64,000 bases of DNA from an uncultured Planktomarina sp. (lineage in GTDB: Bacteria > Pseudomonadota > Alphaproteobacteria > Rhodobacterales > Rhodobacteraceae), in NCBI RefSeq assembly GCF_951543265.1, contig NZ_CATOCO010000004.1; one strand, 5' to 3'. Under the pieces are notes generated by a model. The model had not been told where the DNA came from. It saw only the letters and a list, made by a program, of their open reading frames with translations, and did not search any database. Below, piece after piece: positions 59,265 to 64,000 of this stretch (its first letter is position 1; every line of letters begins with the position of its first letter). The translations under genes were made by a program, and so were the position numbers.

Positions 59265-60816
59265 ATCCACGTCCCCCCCGGTCAAACATCCAAAACAAAG
59301 CTAGGCTTTGGGCCACCAATACCACAGCCACCGCAGCCGCCTGATCCATACGATAAGCTCCCATAAGCCGATATAGCATCAAGGGCAAAGTTTGCAGGTC
59401 AGGATCCGCAAACAATGCAATCACACCCAGATCCCCCATCGAGAGCGCCGCGGCCAATCCTGCAGCAAAGCCGAGCGGGCGACGCAGACGTGGCAAAAGA
59501 ATTCGATGCAACCAAACCCAACGCGTAACGTTTAGGCTGTTTCTAAGGATCAAATAATCCGCGTAGGTTTCACGCACTGCTGGCATGAGAACCCTCAAGG
59601 CGAAGGGCAGCGCCATCATCGCATTCACACTTGCCGTGATGGGCAGAGCAAATGTCATCGGATGAGCAAAAGGGAAGATCAGCAAAAACAACCCTGTGCC
59701 GACGACTAAGGGGCTGGTGGCCAATCCCAAGATCCCCACGCCTTCGGCCAAATTGCGTGCGACCCTACCGCGGCGCGCAAAGGCAAACGACAGACCAAGC
59801 GCCATGCTGATACAAACAACAGTGGAGGTCAACGCGATCAATACAGAGGTGATGCTGGCCGCAATTACTTGATGCGGCAGGCTTGCTATGTGCCCAAGGC
59901 CGCGGGTTAAAATAGCGCCCAATGGCAGAATCAGGAAAACAGCAGAACTCGCGATCCAAATGAAATCAACACTGCGATGGCCGTATGCATCCAACCGTTG
60001 CGGCAATTGCCCCAACCCCAATCCATCGGTTTGTGGCAGGGGGACGAGAAACGCCATCACCGCAACCGCACCACACAGTGAGAATTGCACCAGAGCCAAA
60101 CTGGCCGCCCTGCCCAAATCAAAATCCAACCGAAATGCTTGATAAATAGCCAATTCAATGGTGGTGCCTCTTGGCCCACCGCCGACGGCCAATGCAACTG
60201 CAAAGCTGGTGAGACACAGCAAAAAGATCAACAGAAAGGCCCCGGGAACCACGGATTTGAGCAAAGGCCATTCAATCAGTCGAAAGTATGCCCATGGCGA
60301 TGCTGCCAAGCTGTGCACAACTTTAAACCGTTCCGAAGGGACCGCCGCCCAGCCTTGCAACAGAAATCGCGTCGCCAGCGGCAGGTTGAAAAACACATGC
60401 GCCAAAATAACGCCGGGCGCCCCGTAAATTGACAGCTTGGCAAAACCGGCCCATGTCAACGCGTCACTGATCCAACCGGCACGGCCAAACACCGCCAACA
60501 GGCCCAAAACGCCCACGATTACAGGTAAAATAAATGGGGCGCCCAACAATGTGATCAGCGCTTGTCGACCCACAAAACTTTGGCGCGCCAAAGCACGGGC
60601 CACCGGAATGGCAATCGTAACACTCAGCCCCGCAGAGAGGCAGGCTTGCCAAAGGCTAAACCGAATGGCCGACCAGTCCGCCGCGCCCAACGCGCCTAGC
60701 CCCTGCCCTTGCGTTGTTACAGCGACAGCGGTGCCAATAGAAAATAGAAGCAGGGCGGCCAAAACCGCCCCACCCACAATTATCCGCAAAATTATTGCGA
60801 TAATGCTGTCTGCCAT
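59248..60816 (-). CDS. thiP: thiamine/thiamine-pyrophosphate ABC transporter permease (duplicated MalFG-type domain)
   Basis: 522 aa, about 12 TM. Operon context. Confidence 0.75.
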   Translation of the reverse strand: MADSIIAIILRIIVGGAVLAALLLFSIGTAVAVTTQGQGLGALGAADWSAIRFSLWQACLSAGLSVTIAIPVARALARQSFVGRQALITLLGAPFILPVIVGVLGLLAVFGRAGWISDALTWAGFAKLSIYGAPGVILAHVFFNLPLATRFLLQGWAAVPSERFKVVHSLAASPWAYFRLIEWPLLKSVVPGAFLLIFLLCLTSFAVALAVGGGPRGTTIELAIYQAFRLDFDLGRAASLALVQFSLCGAVAVMAFLVPLPQTDGLGLGQLPQRLDAYGHRSVDFIWIASSAVFLILPLGAILTRGLGHIASLPHQVIAASITSVLIALTSTVVCISMALGLSFAFARRGRVARNLAEGVGILGLATSPLVVGTGLFLLIFPFAHPMTFALPITASVNAMMALPFALRVLMPAVRETYADYLILRNSLNVTRWVWLHRILLPRLRRPLGFAAGLAAALSMGDLGVIALFADPDLQTLPLMLYRLMGAYRMDQAAAVAVVLVAQSLALFWMFDRGGRGYAGSP

Positions 60817-61769
60817 TCTGCAAGCGCCGCATTGCGCAGAGCAGCAGCTTCCGTTGGCGAGAAGATCAAGGATTGCGCGGCGTTCAAAGTATTTGGAAAG
60901 CCGTCAGGCAGACCGGCAACAGGCGTTACGGCCGGAAACATCCAATTTGTGGTTGGAATGATACTTTGAAAAGCATCGGAGACCATGAACTGCAAGAATT
61001 GATCCGCCAGCGCAGTTTGATCGGTGTTGGCAAGTTTGCCAGCCACTTCGATTTGCATGTAGTGACCCTCATCGAAAACCGCATAGCTTTTTGACGCGTC
61101 ACCCTCTGCTATCAAATGATAGGCTGGTGATGTAGTGTAGGATAAAACCATATCGGCTTCACCCTCTAGGAACATCCCGTAGGCCTCCGACCAACCGGCT
61201 GTCACTGTGACGATATTGTCATTCAAATCAGCCCAAATCTGTGCGGCATCATTACCATAGGCCGCTTTGACCCACATCAGTAGCCCCAATCCAGGCGTGG
61301 ATGAGCGGGGATCTTGTATTACAATCTTGAGATCGCTGTCGGCCAAGGCCCGGAAATTTGTTGGCGACTCAATCTCTGCGTTTTTCACGAAGGCAAAATA
61401 TCCCCAGTCAAATGGTGCAAAAAGCGGATCTGCCCAGCCCCCGGGGACGGTATAATTAGCAGTCACTGAAATTGGCGCAAATAATCCAGTTTCAGCTGCT
61501 GCCACGGTTATATTGGTATCCAACCCGAGGATAATATCTGCATCCGTGCGACTGCCCTCAAGTTTGAGCCGCGCCAAAAGAGCAGCGCCATCTCCGGCAC
61601 CGATCATTTGGAGATCACAGCCACAACTGGCCTCAAATGCCGCCTCAATTGCCGGGCCTGGGCCCCAATCTGAGACAAAGCTGTCGTAAGTATAGACTGT
61701 TAAAACTGGCGTATCGGCCATTGCCGTGGTTGCCAAAAACAGTCCTGCGAATAGGGAAGTGGTTCTCAT
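60792..61769 (-). CDS. thiB: thiamine ABC transporter periplasmic binding protein
   Basis: Signal peptide MRTTSLFAGLFLATTAMA. Family-1 solute-binding fold. First gene downstream of the TPP riboswitch. Confidence 0.75.
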   Translation of the reverse strand: MRTTSLFAGLFLATTAMADTPVLTVYTYDSFVSDWGPGPAIEAAFEASCGCDLQMIGAGDGAALLARLKLEGSRTDADIILGLDTNITVAAAETGLFAPISVTANYTVPGGWADPLFAPFDWGYFAFVKNAEIESPTNFRALADSDLKIVIQDPRSSTPGLGLLMWVKAAYGNDAAQIWADLNDNIVTVTAGWSEAYGMFLEGEADMVLSYTTSPAYHLIAEGDASKSYAVFDEGHYMQIEVAGKLANTDQTALADQFLQFMVSDAFQSIIPTTNWMFPAVTPVAGLPDGFPNTLNAAQSLIFSPTEAAALRNAALAEWQTALSQ

Positions 61770-61817
61770 AGTATTCTCCATATCGCCGGACGGGGTCAGG
61801 GATTGGAGTATTCCAAA

Positions 61818-61900
61818 CCTTCCCTCCGCCGGTGCTAGCCGGTTCAGGTTCTACGGGTTCGCTTGCGCGTCTCAGCCCTATTGGGCGCCCCGAGGTGAGG
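61818..61900 (-). promoter_or_regulatory. TPP (THI-box) riboswitch
   Basis: The minus strand reads CGGGGCGCCCAAUAGGGCUGAGACGCGCAAGCGAACCCGUAGAACCUGAACCGGCUAGCACCGGCGGAGGGAAGG. It contains the invariant CUGAGA, ACCC...GAACCUGA.CCGG.UA..ACCGGCG.AGGGA elements. It ends about 50 nt upstream of the thiB ATG. Confidence 0.9.
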
Positions 61901-62476
61901 TTTTTTTAATCTGAATTATGTTTGAATACAATACCGCAAACAACATAAGAAAAACCATCGCGGCGCATTACCTGCGCTGGTCAATATTTTAATATCTTTG
62001 GGTATCAGGCTTACTTTGCCTCCATACTACTTTGACCCTCAGCCCGGCAAAGCGCAACTTTTTCCGCCACATGCATGCTATGGCGAATGTGAGTGCCGCG
62101 ATCCAAGATCACGGTCCTTTGGTTGCAAGCCTGAAAATCAACTCGGTCCCTTGCAACGTTCAAAATAACGGAGGCTGCTACCTGGATATGTCTGGGGCGA
62201 ACAGGGTGAAGAACTCCCAGTTAATTTGTTCAGAAATCATGGCACTGTCTGTGCCTTTACCTTCACGGATAAAACCACATCAAAAAAGCGCGAGCTCTAT
62301 AAGATCAATAATTGTGCCGAATTGGTCCTGCGGGTAGAATTCTATGCGCGCAGAAAATCAGAATCTGAAACCTGCAGTTTGCTTGGGCATAGCTTGTAAA
62401 TTTAACCTTAAGGGGCTCAGCTAGCCCTTGCTCCGATGGAGTAGCAACGATATTGCAGACGCAAAGGAGCTGTCAC

Positions 62477-63580
62477 ATGAGCCTGAATACTTTTGGACAT
62501 TTTTTTCGAGTCACCACCTGGGGCGAAAGTCATGGGCCGGCCTTAGGGGCCACTATTGACGGTTGTCCTCCTGGCGTCGAAATTTCGGAAGAGATGATCC
62601 AGCACTGGCTCGACAAGCGCAAACCAGGTCAAAACAAATATACCACACAGCGTCGAGAAGCTGATCAGGTTAAGATCTTGTCTGGCGTATTTGAAGGCAA
62701 AACCACAGGAACGCCAGTTCAATTGATGATCGAAAATACCGATCAACGCTCAAAAGATTATGGCGATATTATGGACAAATTTCGTCCTGGCCATGCGGAC
62801 ATCACCTATTGGCAAAAATACGGTATTCGTGATTATCGCGGCGGTGGCCGCAGCTCTGCGCGTGAAACAGCGGCCCGAGTTGCCGCTGGCGGTTTGGCGC
62901 GGCAAGCGGTCAAGATGCTCGCCCCCTCAGTAAAAATCACTGGCTTCATGTGCCAAATGGGCCCACATAAGATCAACCGCGACAAAATAGATTTAGACCT
63001 TATCGAGCGAAATCCATTTTGGACTCCAGATGCACAGGCAGCGGAAGACTGGGCCACTTATTTGGACGGGTTGCGTAAATCAGGCAGTTCCGTCGGTGCG
63101 GTAATTGAAGTTGTAGCAACGGGCGTGCCCGCTGGGCTTGGCGCTCCAATATATTGCAAATTGGACACAGATTTAGCTGCAGCTATGATGAGCATCAACG
63201 CTGTAAAAGGTGTGGAAATTGGCGATGGAATGGCGGCGGCTGAACTCACAGGCGAGGCCAACGCCGATGAAATCTTCATGGGGTCAGACGGGCCAGAATA
63301 TAGCTCCAACCATGCGGGCGGCATTTTGGGCGGATTGAGCACGGGCCAGGATCTTGTGGTCCGATTTGCCGTGAAGCCAACATCCTCAATCCTGACCGCT
63401 CGAAAAACAATCAATAAATCAGGTGAAAACACCGAAATTATCACCAAAGGTCGTCATGACCCCTGCGTCGGCATCAGGGCCGTTCCTGTTGGTGAGGCAA
63501 TGATGGCCTGCGTTATATTGGACCACCTACTGTTACATCGGGGCCAAATTGGCGAGAATCAGGGTAAAATAGGCACGTAA
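62477..63580 (+). CDS. aroC: chorismate synthase
   Basis: [48 protein letters not shown]. Start at ATG 62477. Confidence 0.93.
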   Translation: MSLNTFGHFFRVTTWGESHGPALGATIDGCPPGVEISEEMIQHWLDKRKPGQNKYTTQRREADQVKILSGVFEGKTTGTPVQLMIENTDQRSKDYGDIMDKFRPGHADITYWQKYGIRDYRGGGRSSARETAARVAAGGLARQAVKMLAPSVKITGFMCQMGPHKINRDKIDLDLIERNPFWTPDAQAAEDWATYLDGLRKSGSSVGAVIEVVATGVPAGLGAPIYCKLDTDLAAAMMSINAVKGVEIGDGMAAAELTGEANADEIFMGSDGPEYSSNHAGGILGGLSTGQDLVVRFAVKPTSSILTARKTINKSGENTEIITKGRHDPCVGIRAVPVGEAMMACVILDHLLLHRGQIGENQGKIGT

Positions 63581-63588
63581 CCGAAGAC

Positions 63589-64000
63589 CTATGGGCGTTC
63601 GGTTACTGTAAACTTGATATCGAGCGTCCCTGCATTTTTGAACTGCAAGCTCGCCTCAATTTCGTCCCCTCCGGTCCAGCGATCGCTGAGGCCCATAAAC
63701 ATCACATGATACCCACCTGGTGCAAATTCGAGTTCGCCCTGCGCCGGAACTTCAACCATCATATGGTGCTTCATGGTCATAACGCCGTCCTGCATAAGCG
63801 ATTGGTGCATCATAACCCGCGGGAAATCAGCTGTAACATCCATCAAAACATCAGCAGGGCCGTCATTAGTTAGGGTGAAATAACCCGCGCTACTGCGCCC
63901 ATTGGTGGGGTAAGAAAACGATTCGGTTACTGTGATGTCGCCGAGGCTGTAGCTTTCAGCCAAAACGGAACTACACATCGTGAGAAAGACGGCTATTAAG
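63589..64000 (-). CDS. copper chaperone PCu(A)C (DUF461), N-terminus runs off the right edge
   Basis: SAGYFTLTNDG...H-x-M...GGYHVMFMGL pattern. The frame stays open upstream of the track Met (…LIAVFLTMCSSVLA looks like a signal peptide). Confidence 0.75.
   Translation of the reverse strand, partial: LIAVFLTMCSSVLAESYSLGDITVTESFSYPTNGRSSAGYFTLTNDGPADVLMDVTADFPRVMMHQSLMQDGVMTMKHHMMVEVPAQGELEFAPGGYHVMFMGLSDRWTGGDEIEASLQFKNAGTLDIKFTVTERP

Noticed and set aside
62032-62337. The 101-aa ORF between the thiB leader and aroC
   Set aside because: It has a TTG start, no RBS, Cys/Asn/Ser-rich atypical composition and no motif. Not called as a gene (see the finding on the unexplained spacer).

Overview
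The 64 kb window has two parts that differ in base composition.

(1) Positions 1 to about 19.9 kb form a visibly AT-rich flagellar gene island. Spot counts on single 60-nt lines gave about 37-45% GC. The island is of the gamma-proteobacterial polar-flagellum type. It carries flgE(partial)-flgD-flgC-flgB, fliA-flhG-flhF-flhA, flgP / flgT-like / flgA / flgM, a sigma54 activator with no receiver domain, fliD and motAB. I can read four sigma54 -24/-12 promoters directly; two of them overlap on opposite strands through a shared palindromic TTGCAA. Several ORFs inside the island have no recognisable flagellar role:
- a two-gene operon at 3091-4007
- a small protein with a nitrile-hydratase-leader-like (NHLP) domain, translationally coupled to a secreted Sel1-repeat protein
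- a DUF1566 protein
- a Tat-signal DUF882/M15A peptidase

(2) Positions about 20.1-64 kb are a higher-GC housekeeping region (spot counts about 52-60%) with alphaproteobacterial hallmarks:
- rnhB-ccrM-(alkB remnant)-mutY-DUF721
- lolA-ftsK, lpxK-waaA and petABC
- thiBPQ behind a TPP riboswitch, and aroC
- a glycine-betaine/dimethylglycine-type catabolic operon with two DMGDH-family paralogues, a homocysteine S-methyltransferase, two LysE exporters and an XRE-cupin regulator

Two decayed genes are visible. One is an alkB-like hydroxylase remnant with an in-frame TAG. The other is a RidA-family gene frameshifted in a G-run.

I saw no rRNA, tRNA, CRISPR array, transposase or integrase. All family assignments come from motif recognition by eye, not from searches.
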